From contig DATDVR010000008.1 in the NCBI GenBank assembly GCA_035289925.1, positions 849-64,848 on the forward strand: a DNA stretch of 64,000 bases, written 5' to 3'. Position 1 is the first letter of the stretch; every line of letters starts with the position of its first letter. The position numbers and the translations under genes were made by a program. Positions 47,507-56,893 of the stretch are shown in pieces. The notes beneath the pieces were generated by a model, which was given only the letters and a program-made list of their open reading frames with translations, was not told where the DNA came from and made no database searches. Source of the stretch: Candidatus Nanoarchaeia archaeon (GTDB lineage: Archaea; Nanobdellota; Nanobdellia; SCGC-AAA011-G17; DATDVL01).

Positions 47507-48478
47507 ATGTACTTACTCCTATCAAAATTATATCCAAAAGGCCTTAAAGAAGGTTACAAGAGGCTTCTTAAAAGTGCTAATATCAACGTGAACCTTGACA
47601 GATTCATAGGCTTTGTTCTTTTTGTAGGTGCAGGCCTTGCATTGGCAATAACTTTCTATCTTGGCAAGTATCTTGATATGCCTCTATGGGTCATCTGGGT
47701 TTTACTCTTCCTTGGAATTGAAACAACTTTGTACATGTGGCTTAATCTAAAGGTAAACAAGAAGATAAAAGAGATAGAGAAAGTATTGCCTGATGCTTTG
47801 CAACTTATGAGCTCTAACTTAAGAGCTGGCTTGACTCCGGACAAGGCTTTCCTTCTTGCTGCAAGGCCGGAATTTGGAGTTTTTAAGGATGAAATAAATC
47901 GTGTAGGAAGAGAGATTACTGTAGGAAAAACTCTTGAGATGTCTTTGATAAATATGAGCCAAAGGATAAACTCTGAAAAGATTGAGAAAGTAGTTCTTCT
48001 TATCATCTCGGGAATAAAGTCAGGTGGAGAGCTTGCAGACTTGCTTGAAGAGACAGCAAGAAACACAAGAAATCAAGACTTGATGGAGCAAAAAATAAAG
48101 TCAAGTGTTTTATCATATGTAATATTCATATTTGCAGCAGTAGCTTTTGGAGCCCCAATACTTTTTGGACTAAGCTCTTTTTTGGTTGAAGTATTGAAGC
48201 AGGTCTTCAGCCAGATTGACATACCAGCGTCTGCAGCTGTGAATATCCCAATCAAAATATCAAAGATTTCAATTTCAACAGATTTTATAGTGACCTATTC
48301 AATAGTAAGCTTGGTGGCAACATCAATATTAAGCTCGTTGCTTATAGGGGGTATAGTCAAGGGCAGAGGCAAGGAAGGATTTAAGTATATACCTATAATG
48401 ATATTGATTACATTGGTAATGTTTTTCACCTGCAGGTCATTGATATCAGGATTGCTTGGAAGTTTGTTTGTATTTTAG
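47507..48478 (+). CDS. pilus platform membrane protein with a single T2SSF domain (TadB/TadC, EpdJ/K-like)
   Basis: T2SSF-like segment (LPDALQLMSSNLRAGLTPDKAF...GKTLEMSLINMSQR) flanked by TM helices. Confidence 0.75.
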   Translation: MYLLLSKLYPKGLKEGYKRLLKSANINVNLDRFIGFVLFVGAGLALAITFYLGKYLDMPLWVIWVLLFLGIETTLYMWLNLKVNKKIKEIEKVLPDALQLMSSNLRAGLTPDKAFLLAARPEFGVFKDEINRVGREITVGKTLEMSLINMSQRINSEKIEKVVLLIISGIKSGGELADLLEETARNTRNQDLMEQKIKSSVLSYVIFIFAAVAFGAPILFGLSSFLVEVLKQVFSQIDIPASAAVNIPIKISKISISTDFIVTYSIVSLVATSILSSLLIGGIVKGRGKEGFKYIPIMILITLVMFFTCRSLISGLLGSLFVF

Positions 48479-48513
48479 TAAATCTTTTATATAATCAAAG
48501 TCAAAGAAAAACC

Positions 48514-49203
48514 ATGGAAAGAATACCAACAGGGATAAAAGGTCTTGATGAGCTTATACAGGGCGGATTCAAGAACGGAAGTGTCAATCTTATCACTGGA
48601 GATCCTGGAGCTGGTAAGACTGTTTTTGCACTGCAGTTTTTGTTCGAAGGTTTAAGAAGAGGCGAAGCATGTCTATACGTCACATTTGAGGAAAGGAAAA
48701 AGAAGTTGTACGATGATATGATCGGGTTTGGAATTGATCTGGAAAAATTCGAGAAAGCAGGGTTGTTTGTCTTCTTAGCATATACCCCGGAGCAGGTTAA
48801 AAAATTGCTTGTTGAAGGTGGAGGTACAATAGATGCAATCATTTCAAAGTCAAAGATTAAGAGGCTGGTAATAGACAGCATAACTTCATTTGCTCTTCTT
48901 TATCAGGACAGGCTTTTGCAGAAAGAAGCTGCATTGGAATTGTTTGACTTGATAGAATCATGGGGTTGTACAGCGTTGGTAACTTCCCAAAATACAGTAA
49001 GCGAGGAAAGCACTGTTAATGCTGCATTGGAATTTGAGGTTGACTCAATATTGATTCTTTATCATGTCAGGATCAAAGGAGAAAGGAAAAGAGCTCTTGA
49101 AATACTGAAGATGCGCGGCACTAAGCATCCAAACAAGACTTTTGCAGTCGAGATAGACTCTACAGGAATGAAAATTAATCCAAAAGAGCTTATAGTTTTT
49201 TAA
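48514..49203 (+). CDS. KaiC/RecA-superfamily ATPase (ArlH/FlaH-like)
   Basis: The N-terminus is IPTGIKGLDELIQGGFKNGSVNLITGDPGAGKTVFALQF (Walker A). Walker B is KRLVIDSITSF, and ILKMRGTKHP is also present. Confidence 0.8.
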   Translation: MERIPTGIKGLDELIQGGFKNGSVNLITGDPGAGKTVFALQFLFEGLRRGEACLYVTFEERKKKLYDDMIGFGIDLEKFEKAGLFVFLAYTPEQVKKLLVEGGGTIDAIISKSKIKRLVIDSITSFALLYQDRLLQKEAALELFDLIESWGCTALVTSQNTVSEESTVNAALEFEVDSILILYHVRIKGERKRALEILKMRGTKHPNKTFAVEIDSTGMKINPKELIVF

Positions 49204-49205
49204 AA

Positions 49206-49346
49206 ATGGAAAACCAAAATTATTTAGATGAAAGTAATATGATAGTTATAAATAAAGTTCTTTATGATTATTGTGATAATAGAAGGTTCTGCGATTATTT
49301 CTATGACGCTTATGATATCATTGAATTGGAGATTGTTAGAAAATGA
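49206..49346 (+). CDS. possible small protein (46 aa)
   Basis: Below the size cut-off of the ORF track. It translates MENQNYLDESNMIVINKVLYDYCDNRRFCDYFYDAYDIIELEIVRK. Its stop overlaps the ATG of the next gene (ATGA). Confidence 0.3.
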   Translation: MENQNYLDESNMIVINKVLYDYCDNRRFCDYFYDAYDIIELEIVRK

Positions 49347-49717
49347 ATGACAATCTATCTAAACAAATAAATAAAAAAATATTAATTGCATCTCTAGTTT
49401 ATCTTTTAATTTTTTTAGTATCCACTTTTTTTTATACTATTTATAAATTAGGGATTATTTTTTTCTTAAAAAATATGGTATCTATAATTACTATAGCAAT
49501 TACTTTATCGCCAGTTTATTACTTAATTTCTTGCTCACAGATTTTAATTATAGGATTTTTACTTAAGTTTTTTTATAGAAATAAATATCTTTTGCTTAAT
49601 AAATATTTGAGTTTAAAGAATAAATCATTTAATATTACTTTATTGCTTTTTACTTTTTTTTGGGTTTTAGTAAACTTTTATATTTGGAGTCAAATAAAAT
49701 TCAGAGGTTTCCATTAA
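49343..49717 (+). CDS. small polytopic membrane protein
   Basis: 124 aa with about 4 TM segments. A PLC-like fragment follows 1 nt downstream. Confidence 0.5.
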   Translation: MNDNLSKQINKKILIASLVYLLIFLVSTFFYTIYKLGIIFFLKNMVSIITIAITLSPVYYLISCSQILIIGFLLKFFYRNKYLLLNKYLSLKNKSFNITLLLFTFFWVLVNFYIWSQIKFRGFH

Positions 49718-49718
49718 T

Positions 49719-49916
49719 ATGAACAAAATAAGATTTTTATTTTTATCTGTATTATTAATTTGTATTTATTCGACAATAGCTTTTGGATATCGACAAAGTC
49801 CTGATGATCCTGATGTAACAGACCCAAATAATTACACTCATCAAAAAATAACTAAAGAAGCTGAAAAAGCATGGAATTTCATGCCTTATAACATTAAAAA
49901 AATTTATATAGAATAA
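49719..49916 (+). pseudogene. orphan signal peptide + N-terminal fragment resembling the PLC-like family
   Basis: Translates MNKIRFLFLSVLLICIYSTIAFGY...NYTHQKITKEAEKAWNFMPYNIKK. Compare EEVHQYLTNESKAVWEQIPFEIKN at the N-terminus of the 34346-37075 product. It stops after 65 aa. Confidence 0.4.
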
Positions 49917-49932
49917 AATTCTTATAATTGCC

Positions 49933-50112
49933 ATGGGTAAAGAGTTTGATGAAGACTATCCTGAGGAAGAAGACAACATCTATGATGAAGATGTGATTGA
50001 AGACTTGGAAGAGAACGACGAGATAAATCCTAGCGAAGGAGCTTTCATTGAAGGCTATGTTAAAGACTCAAAACCAAAAAAAAAGCTCAGGAAAAAGTCA
50101 AAAAAGAAGTGA
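49933..50112 (+). CDS. possible small acidic protein with a basic tail (59 aa)
   Basis: Translates MGKEFDEDYPEEEDNIYDEDVIEDLEENDEINPSEGAFIEGYVKDSKPKKKLRKKSKKK. It is below the ORF-track cut-off. Confidence 0.3.
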   Translation: MGKEFDEDYPEEEDNIYDEDVIEDLEENDEINPSEGAFIEGYVKDSKPKKKLRKKSKKK

Positions 50113-50114
50113 AA

Positions 50115-50438
50115 TTATTTCTTAGGCAGGTTGTCCTTAAATACCAGTATCGAAACTATGAAGCATACAGCAACCAAAGGCATTATCCAAATGTTTAATG
50201 ATTCTGTCAATGCTGTCACATATGGAGCTGGCAGAAGCAATAATTTGAATGTTGCTCTCAAGTCTGCCATAAAGTTTATCAGTAAAGCAATCAAGAATAC
50301 AAACATTCCAAAAAGCAGTACATTGACTCCAGAAGCAAAGCTTTCATCTTCCTTCTTTCTCTTTTTTACTATGTAGATAAAGCTGACTAGGAAAAATGCA
50401 AGACTCAATAAATTAAATATTACAGTTGCTAGGCTCAT
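50115..50438 (-). CDS. small membrane protein (3 TM)
   Basis: 107 aa and hydrophobic. It overlaps the upstream gene by 4 nt. Confidence 0.5.
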   Translation of the reverse strand: MSLATVIFNLLSLAFFLVSFIYIVKKRKKEDESFASGVNVLLFGMFVFLIALLINFMADLRATFKLLLLPAPYVTALTESLNIWIMPLVAVCFIVSILVFKDNLPKK

Positions 50439-51745
50439 AGTTTACCAGTCCTTATAGTTTTTTGAAGTAATGTTACCTTGTCTCTTTCCTTCCTGAGTTC
50501 TTTCTCTCTTCTTACTAATAAATCTTTTAAAATTTCAATGTCTCTGTTCTTGGCATTCACGTCTGAAATCTTAGACTCAACACCCTCTTCCTTTTTTCTC
50601 AATTCCTTTGCCTTCTTGTCAATCTGCTTTCCTTCTGCATCCAATCTGTCCTTCTCCTCAAGAAGCTCTTCTTCCAAGTCAAGCAATTCAAGCTTTTTCT
50701 GTTTTATCTTTTCCCTTTCGTCGTCAATTTTTCTCTGCATTTTTTCAAGTGCTCTCTGGTTTGAAGTTAAGCTTTCTCTTTCCTTGAAGAAGTCCTTCAA
50801 TTTTCTCTTTTCAATCTCAATTACTTCCTTTTGATCATCCAAATTTATCTGCAGCTCATTAAGTTTTTTCATTTCCTTGTCATGATTTGCCTTTTCGCTG
50901 TTGATTTGTTTTCTTAATTCTTCTATTTCTGATTTTTCGCTGTTGATTTTATCAAGTTCCTGGTCAACTTGCTTTTCTTTCTGCTTTAGCTCTTTTATCT
51001 TTGAAGAATATTTTTTCTTTACGTTTTCTACAGTCTTGTTTGCTTTTTCAATTATTTTATCTTCTTTTTCTTTTATTGAACTAGAAATATTTCTCTCTTT
51101 TTCGTCAAGCCTCTTACTTAATTTCTGTAATTTTTTGTTCAATGAGTCAAGCTCTCTCTTCTTGTCTAGAATGTCTTCCTGGTCATATAAAATCCTGTCT
51201 TTTTCCCTCTTCAATTTGTTGTTTAGTGACTTATATTTGTCTTTTTCTTCTCTTGCTTCAATGTTTTTGACGTCAGTATCCTTGAATTTCTTCTCCAAGT
51301 CCTTCTTCAAATCTTCAAGCTCCTCTTCTTTCTGCTTGATTTTCTTCCTGCCTTCAATCAATTCCTTGTCAACCTTCTTTTTCAATGCTTCAAGCTTCTT
51401 CACTTGAGGCATCAATGCTTCATGCTTTATGCCTATCTTCAAGGGCTTTACTCCAGCAACAGAAGTTCTATACTGTCTCAAAACAGTTGCCATTAAATAA
51501 AGCAATATCAATGCCGTCAGTCCTGATGCCAAGAAATCTCTCAAGTCAGCAGGTATAATTGTCAGTACTTTTATCAAAAGAGGAAAAACAAGTAGTATCA
51601 ATATGTCAATTATTCTCTTTATCTTTATGCCTTCAACTTTTCCTGTAGCTTTTAGCTTGTACCATGAAAATCCTGCAATTAAAAATAGGACAACTGTTAT
51701 ATAGCCTTGTAAAGTTATGAAGATTTCTGACACCATTATTATCAC
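50435..51745 (-). CDS. membrane-anchored coiled-coil protein
   Basis: N-terminal TM helices are followed by about 300 aa of K/E-rich heptad-like sequence. Confidence 0.6.
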   Translation of the reverse strand: MIIMVSEIFITLQGYITVVLFLIAGFSWYKLKATGKVEGIKIKRIIDILILLVFPLLIKVLTIIPADLRDFLASGLTALILLYLMATVLRQYRTSVAGVKPLKIGIKHEALMPQVKKLEALKKKVDKELIEGRKKIKQKEEELEDLKKDLEKKFKDTDVKNIEAREEKDKYKSLNNKLKREKDRILYDQEDILDKKRELDSLNKKLQKLSKRLDEKERNISSSIKEKEDKIIEKANKTVENVKKKYSSKIKELKQKEKQVDQELDKINSEKSEIEELRKQINSEKANHDKEMKKLNELQINLDDQKEVIEIEKRKLKDFFKERESLTSNQRALEKMQRKIDDEREKIKQKKLELLDLEEELLEEKDRLDAEGKQIDKKAKELRKKEEGVESKISDVNAKNRDIEILKDLLVRREKELRKERDKVTLLQKTIRTGKL

Positions 51746-51860
51746 TCGTGAATAATATCTATAATAATACCATTTAAAAGTGGTATATAAATCTTTCTAT
51801 GCAGCCTAAGGAAAAGTATATAAAAACAGCTTTAAGCTGATTATATCAAAGAGGTTGAAA

Positions 51861-52367
51861 ATGAATTTTAGTCAGTTGCCATCAGATTTCAGAATTTTAA
51901 TAGATACTAATAAGCACAATCATCTTGATGCCTACAACATTCTTGAGCAGCTTCACACAAGAGGAATCTGCCTGACTTTAGGAAGACCAGCCTCAAACTT
52001 GAAGTCTTTATTGAATGCGAAGGGCATTTCAACTGAAAATCTAACTTTCATCGACTGCATTACAAAAAAAATAAAAGAAAGCAAAAGGTTAGATGATTGC
52101 TACTATGCAAATATCGACAATTTCTCAGAGGTTTTTGCAGCAATAGATGCAGCTTCTTCAGAAATAAAAGGCAAAAAATTCCTGATCCTAGATTCATTGA
52201 ATGAATTGTCCATGCATCACGGCTACAGGTCATTGATTTTTCTAGATTTCCTGCATAACATGCTTGCAACTCATAATTCTCGTGCTATCTTTCTTACAAA
52301 CAACATGCAAGACCAGCAGATTAGGGCTTATATAGAAAATAAGTGTGACAAAAAGATAATGATTTAG
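51861..52367 (+). CDS. hypothetical protein, possibly a RecA/KaiC-fold protein without a P-loop
   Basis: The ATG at 51861 is preceded by an AGAGGT Shine-Dalgarno sequence. The layout (ICLTLGRPASNL...FIDCI...KKFLILDSLNEL) recalls KaiC-like domains, but I see no Walker A motif. Confidence 0.45.
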   Translation: MNFSQLPSDFRILIDTNKHNHLDAYNILEQLHTRGICLTLGRPASNLKSLLNAKGISTENLTFIDCITKKIKESKRLDDCYYANIDNFSEVFAAIDAASSEIKGKKFLILDSLNELSMHHGYRSLIFLDFLHNMLATHNSRAIFLTNNMQDQQIRAYIENKCDKKIMI

Positions 52368-52975
52368 TCAGTGTCCATGAAGTCTTCTATTTTATTCTTG
52401 AACTCTGCATCTTCTTTTATGATGCCTCTTAGCTTCATGTATTCTCTAGCTATTATATAAAAAAATAATCCAAGGCTTTTCTTTCCCTTGTTGTTGCAAG
52501 GCACTACCAAGTCAATGTAGTTGCTCTCGTTGTTAGTATCGCACAAAGCTATTACAGGCAATCCAACCTTTACAGCGTCTCTTACAACGTTCTTGTCAGG
52601 CCACGGATCTGTAACCAATACTATCTTAGCTTCAATGAAGTTGTCTAGATTTGTGTTTGTTAATATTCCAGGAGGATATCTGCCTGCAAAGGCTCTTATT
52701 CCTGTCAATTGTGAAAATAATTTTATTGCTTTCCAGCCGTTTTCTCTTCTTCCAACAATCAATATATCTTCAGGCTTGTATTGTGACAAAAACTTGGCTG
52801 CTATTTCGATTCTTTCGTTTATTTTTTGAACATTTAAAACAGCTAGTCCATCTGGCCTTATCTTGTAAATGAAAGGCTCCATATACTTTGTCCTAAACTT
52901 TGTACCTATGTGTAACCCAACCTTCAAGTATTCATCTAAAGGAACTAGGAAATTTGATTGTTCTTGTTCTGCCAT
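52364..52975 (-). CDS. rps2: 30S ribosomal protein uS2
   Basis: LVPLDEYLKVGLHIGTKFRTKYMEPFIYKIRPDGLAVLNV is typical of archaeal S2. Confidence 0.9.
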   Translation of the reverse strand: MAEQEQSNFLVPLDEYLKVGLHIGTKFRTKYMEPFIYKIRPDGLAVLNVQKINERIEIAAKFLSQYKPEDILIVGRRENGWKAIKLFSQLTGIRAFAGRYPPGILTNTNLDNFIEAKIVLVTDPWPDKNVVRDAVKVGLPVIALCDTNNESNYIDLVVPCNNKGKKSLGLFFYIIAREYMKLRGIIKEDAEFKNKIEDFMDTD

Positions 52976-53057
52976 GCGGAAAGTTTACTAAAATTCACTT
53001 TATAAAGTTTACTAATACATGTTTAAAATAAGAGAAAAATAAAAGAAAAAAGCCTGT

Positions 53058-53606
53058 TTACTGGCAGGCTCCATTTGAACAACTTGTAAAGTTCCCGCTG
53101 TTGCAGTTAAATGTGGTAAGTGCTGGCGTTGTTCCACTACAAAATCTTTCTGTTAAGAGTGTAGCGTTAGCTCCAGTCCCACATGAATCTGTGAAGCTGT
53201 ATGAACTTCCGCTTTGGCTTCCACTTATAGTGCCTTGAGTTCCATAAACTACTCCGCCATCAGTGTCAGAACAGCTATTTGTAAAACAGCTAGATGTTAC
53301 AAAGCTAGTGCAGCTTGAAGCACATGATAAAGTTCCTCCGCTAAATCCTTGGCTTACACAAGTTTGTCCATTTAAATTACTACCATCGCAAACTTCATTT
53401 CCATTTACAATTGCATCTCCGCAGTTGTTTTCATTATTATCGCTATTGCCAGTGCAACCAGGATCATTAGGATAGTCTGTTAATCCGTCTCCATCATTGT
53501 CTAATCCATCATTGCATTGTTTTGGTGCTGCATTAACAAAAATAACAGCAAGCAAAGCAACCACTAAAATACTGGTGATTAATATTGCCCTTCCTTTTTT
53601 ATTCAT
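53058..53606 (-). CDS. secreted Cys-rich protein
   Basis: A signal/anchor is followed by CNDGLDNDGDGLTDYPNDPGC and a CGDAIVNGNEVCDGSNLNGQTC-type cysteine-rich repeat. Confidence 0.6.
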   Translation of the reverse strand: MNKKGRAILITSILVVALLAVIFVNAAPKQCNDGLDNDGDGLTDYPNDPGCTGNSDNNENNCGDAIVNGNEVCDGSNLNGQTCVSQGFSGGTLSCASSCTSFVTSSCFTNSCSDTDGGVVYGTQGTISGSQSGSSYSFTDSCGTGANATLLTERFCSGTTPALTTFNCNSGNFTSCSNGACQ

Positions 53607-53705
53607 TTTAAAACCTCCATTATTTTAAAGAAGATAATAGAATTAATTATATATATATCTAACTACTAAACAGTAAAACTAATCAAAAAAGATAGAAAAA
53701 AAGCA

Positions 53706-54377
53706 CTAGAAGTGCTTTCTTATGTTCCTTACAATGTCTTCAGATTCTTTCTTCAATCCCAATCCAAGACCAATTCCTAATGCCAATGCCAATCCTAGTG
53801 CAAAAGCTCCTACTATAATTAAGAATGTGTTCTCCAATATTGAGACATTGATTCCAATCTGTTTTAATGCTAGTATCACCAATACTACTGTTAATACCCA
53901 GCTTAAAATCTTGTTTGCTAATTTAGCACCCTTCATTTTTGTGTGCTCATCGATTGTTGCATTCAAGTAATGTATTCCTGCTAGTCCTAACAAGAAGATT
54001 ATTAATGCTCCCATCAATGAAGGTAACCATAGCGAGAATTTAACAAGCATTGTCGATAATGCTCCAAGCCTTACCAATTGTACTGCTGGTGCCAAGAACA
54101 ATATTATAATGTACCATTTGACTATTTCTCCTACTAGTCCAGGCACATGTGTATGTCCTACAGCCCTTGTTAATCTTGCTTTTCTGACGTAATCATCCAC
54201 TTTCATTTTTTCTAGAACAACTCTTACTGCATGCCCTAAGATGACTCCTATAAAGCAACCCACAATTAGAACTATTATTGCACCGATAATATCAGGCACA
54301 ATTTCTACAATCTTTAACCAAATCTTTTGCAATGGGCTTATGATAGCTACACTAGTATCGCTAATTATATTTGCCAC
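53706..54377 (-). CDS. membrane protein with repeated conserved-TM-helix segments (MscS-N-terminal-like)
   Basis: 223 aa with about 5 TM helices. The family assignment is tentative. Confidence 0.5.
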   Translation of the reverse strand: MANIISDTSVAIISPLQKIWLKIVEIVPDIIGAIIVLIVGCFIGVILGHAVRVVLEKMKVDDYVRKARLTRAVGHTHVPGLVGEIVKWYIIILFLAPAVQLVRLGALSTMLVKFSLWLPSLMGALIIFLLGLAGIHYLNATIDEHTKMKGAKLANKILSWVLTVVLVILALKQIGINVSILENTFLIIVGAFALGLALALGIGLGLGLKKESEDIVRNIRKHF

Positions 54378-54495
54378 GCATCAACACCTCCGTTATTATA
54401 AATAATGTTAAGAATTTATCATTTAGGAATGTATATAAACATTTATACTAATTTTATAGAAGTAACAAAATGTCAATAAATAAGGTAATAAAAAA

Positions 54496-54702
54496 TTAAT
54501 TGTTTATCTTTTCAGGCAAAGGCCTTTTGATTGTTATTGGCAATATCCCGTCTTCAAACTCCTTCCTTGCAATTTTTACAGAATCGTAGTTCATCTTCTT
54601 GAAGTCCTTTTCCTCAATTTTTACCAATATAGGAGCGCCCATTGCAATCTGCAATGCTCTAGCACCAATTATCCTTGCTTTCTCATATTTTGTAAACTTC
54701 AT
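54496..54702 (-). CDS. rpoK: DNA-directed RNA polymerase subunit K (Rpo6)
   Basis: Translates MKFTKYEKARIIGARALQIAMGAPILV...ELEDGILPITIKRPLP-like. It overlaps rrp42 by 4 nt. Confidence 0.85.
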   Translation of the reverse strand: MKFTKYEKARIIGARALQIAMGAPILVKIEEKDFKKMNYDSVKIARKEFEDGILPITIKRPLPEKINN

Positions 54703-55490
54703 TTTTCAAGCACCTTCCTGAATTCCTTTCCTTTGTCGATTCCAATGTCAATCATCTTGTCGATGTCTTCCAATGTGAAAGAATCTGCTCCGCCTTTCTG
54801 CAGTGCGCATATTGTTCCGTCTTTCAATGAAGCAACTGTTAATCTTGCATCATAGATTTGTGTCTCTTCGTAATTTGGATCAATTAAAAAGCTATCTTTT
54901 ATTTTTAGCACAGTCACGCTTGCTGGCAGTTCAATTATTGGTAGTTTCTTTTCAGTCTTCTTCGTGTAGTCTATCTTGTCATTTTTCTCGTCATAATGGG
55001 GGAATTTTGCATCTTTTACTGCAGCTAATGCAGCTAAAGCGCAGGCATCAAATAAGTTGCCATTATCATTCAAAGGATATATATCTACTACTACAGTCCA
55101 GACTTTTTCTCCTTTCTTTATGCAAAGCTTCTTCATGTCAACGCATTTGCTTTCTCTTATTGCCCTGTCAACAACTCTTGCCAATTCAATAGCCTCTATT
55201 CCTGGAGGTCCTAGCTCAAACTCAGGGTTTGACAATGGCAGTAACTCTACATTGACCATTAGATTTCCTTCATCAGGTGAGTCTGGAAAAGGTTCCATAA
55301 CTTCCATTTTTACTCCAGCTACAACTTCAGTTTCTCCAATTTGTACTTTGGCTGAACCTTCAGCTGACTTTGGAGAGACTCCATATTCAACTGTCATTGG
55401 TTTCCTATATTCTAGTAATTTTCTTCCATCGTCTCTTATTCCTTTAGAAACTAGTGAAGTGATATAGTCTCTGATCATTTTACTTGTCAT
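54699..55490 (-). CDS. rrp42: exosome complex subunit Rrp42 (RNase PH-like, inactive)
   Basis: RNase PH-fold sequence (RDDGRKLLEYRKPMTVEYGV...) lying downstream of rrp41. Confidence 0.85.
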   Translation of the reverse strand: MTSKMIRDYITSLVSKGIRDDGRKLLEYRKPMTVEYGVSPKSAEGSAKVQIGETEVVAGVKMEVMEPFPDSPDEGNLMVNVELLPLSNPEFELGPPGIEAIELARVVDRAIRESKCVDMKKLCIKKGEKVWTVVVDIYPLNDNGNLFDACALAALAAVKDAKFPHYDEKNDKIDYTKKTEKKLPIIELPASVTVLKIKDSFLIDPNYEETQIYDARLTVASLKDGTICALQKGGADSFTLEDIDKMIDIGIDKGKEFRKVLEK

Positions 55491-56187
55491 TTTGATACCT
55501 CTCCTTCAAGGCTTTCTTCTGAATTTCATAAATTTCCTTGCATCCTTTAATTGCCATCTTTATTGCTTCTTTTAATTGCTCTTTCTTTATCTTTCCGTCT
55601 AGTTGCAATAAAGTTACTTCCCCAGTTCTTGGCATTATAGCAATTGGAATGTCTGTTGCTCCCATGTCGCAGTCTTCGTATGCATTGATATCAAGACATA
55701 GAGTTCCTTCTGCATCTCCCACAGAGACAGCAGTTACTAAATCTTTCATCGGAATTCCAGCATCAGCTAAAGCCATTGCAGCTGCACAAATAGCAGCGCA
55801 TCTTGTTCCAGCATCAGTTTCAACTAGTTCAATGAAAATATCTATTACAGCGTTTGGATAAGCAGTCAAGTCTAATACAGGTGTCAATGATTTCTCAATT
55901 ACCATGGACAATTCTTTTGCTCTCCTGTTTGGGCCTGGCCTTACTCTTTCTCCAGCACCAGAAAATCCCATCATGTTGTAGTTGCATCTCAAAACTCCCT
56001 TCTCAGGATTCTGTAAAAACTTAGGATGCAGTTCTCTAGGTCCGTATACAGCAGCTATTGCTCTTGTATTTCCAATCTTGAACATAGCACTTCCATCTGC
56101 TCTTTTTACAACTCCAGTTTTAGCTTGAATTGGTCTTAATTCGTCAAACTTTCTTCCATCATTTCTTTTCTTGTACATGTTGTTCAC
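55480..56187 (-). CDS. rrp41: exosome complex exonuclease Rrp41 (RNase PH)
   Basis: Contains RNDGRKFDELRPI...GSAMFKIGNTRAIAAVYGPRE and CDMGATD. Confidence 0.85.
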   Translation of the reverse strand: MNNMYKKRNDGRKFDELRPIQAKTGVVKRADGSAMFKIGNTRAIAAVYGPRELHPKFLQNPEKGVLRCNYNMMGFSGAGERVRPGPNRRAKELSMVIEKSLTPVLDLTAYPNAVIDIFIELVETDAGTRCAAICAAAMALADAGIPMKDLVTAVSVGDAEGTLCLDINAYEDCDMGATDIPIAIMPRTGEVTLLQLDGKIKKEQLKEAIKMAIKGCKEIYEIQKKALKERYQNDK

Positions 56188-56893
56188 CTTTGATTACCTT
56201 CAAGTTCTTGCATTTTGATTCTAAGAATTTTGTCATTTCTTCTGTCAGTCCTTCCCTGTGCGCTTTCTTTTCTATCATCTCGATAGCTTCAGACGCAGTA
56301 AGCACATTTTCAGGTTCTCCAGAAATCCAGACAATTCCGTTTTGTCCGACTATTATCCTTGTTCCTGTTTTTTCTTTTATCAATGAAATCATGGATCCTT
56401 GCTTTCCAATTATCCTTGGAACTTTTGAAGAAGCAACCTTCATTATTTTTCCAGGGCTTAATTTTCTCAAGCCTGGTGCTCTCATTGTTATTTCAACAGT
56501 GCTTCTTGTAACCTTAGTTACTTGAGCAGAGATATAATCGCCGAAGCTGTAATATTGTGCCAAATCAGCTCCCTTCTCCACAAACTCTGTTGAGTCTCTT
56601 GAACTCATCACAGCATCATTTGCGCATCCGATGTCTACATACCAGTTTGAGAAGCTCATGTCAACAATCCTTCCGATTATTGTGTCGCCTCTTTTAGGAA
56701 CGTATTTTCCATTCAATGGAATTATTTTTATTAATCTTCCATCAATGTTTATCAAACCTAATTGGCTTGCAATTATGTTATCATTTTCTCTGAATGTGCC
56801 GTTTGCTGGCAAAAAATCCATTCCGTTTGCCAATATCTGTCCAGGCACTACAATTTCTTTTGTTTTTACTAATAATTCTCCCATTTTTTTCAC
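56159..56893 (-). CDS. rrp4: exosome RNA-binding subunit Rrp4 (S1 + KH)
   Basis: Has an S1-like segment (GDTIIGRIVDMSFSNWYVDIG) and a KH motif (VPRIIGKQGSMISLIKEKTG). Confidence 0.85.
   Translation of the reverse strand: MKKMGELLVKTKEIVVPGQILANGMDFLPANGTFRENDNIIASQLGLINIDGRLIKIIPLNGKYVPKRGDTIIGRIVDMSFSNWYVDIGCANDAVMSSRDSTEFVEKGADLAQYYSFGDYISAQVTKVTRSTVEITMRAPGLRKLSPGKIMKVASSKVPRIIGKQGSMISLIKEKTGTRIIVGQNGIVWISGEPENVLTASEAIEMIEKKAHREGLTEEMTKFLESKCKNLKVIKGEQHVQEKK

Noticed and set aside
46624-48478. The split pilus platform (two single-T2SSF genes) as a novelty
   Set aside because: Two separate TadB/TadC-like platform genes are the known state in bacterial Tad and Methanococcus Epd-type loci. 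The split classifies the locus rather than making it new.
50478-51407. Plus-strand ORFs of 118 and 168 aa inside the coiled-coil gene
   Set aside because: They are Ser/Phe/Leu-rich antisense shadows of a K/E-rich coiled-coil gene, the same artefact as in rad50.
54803-55861. Plus-strand ORFs (129, 136 and 107 aa) across rrp42 and rrp41
   Set aside because: They are antisense to strongly conserved exosome genes and have no motifs of their own.
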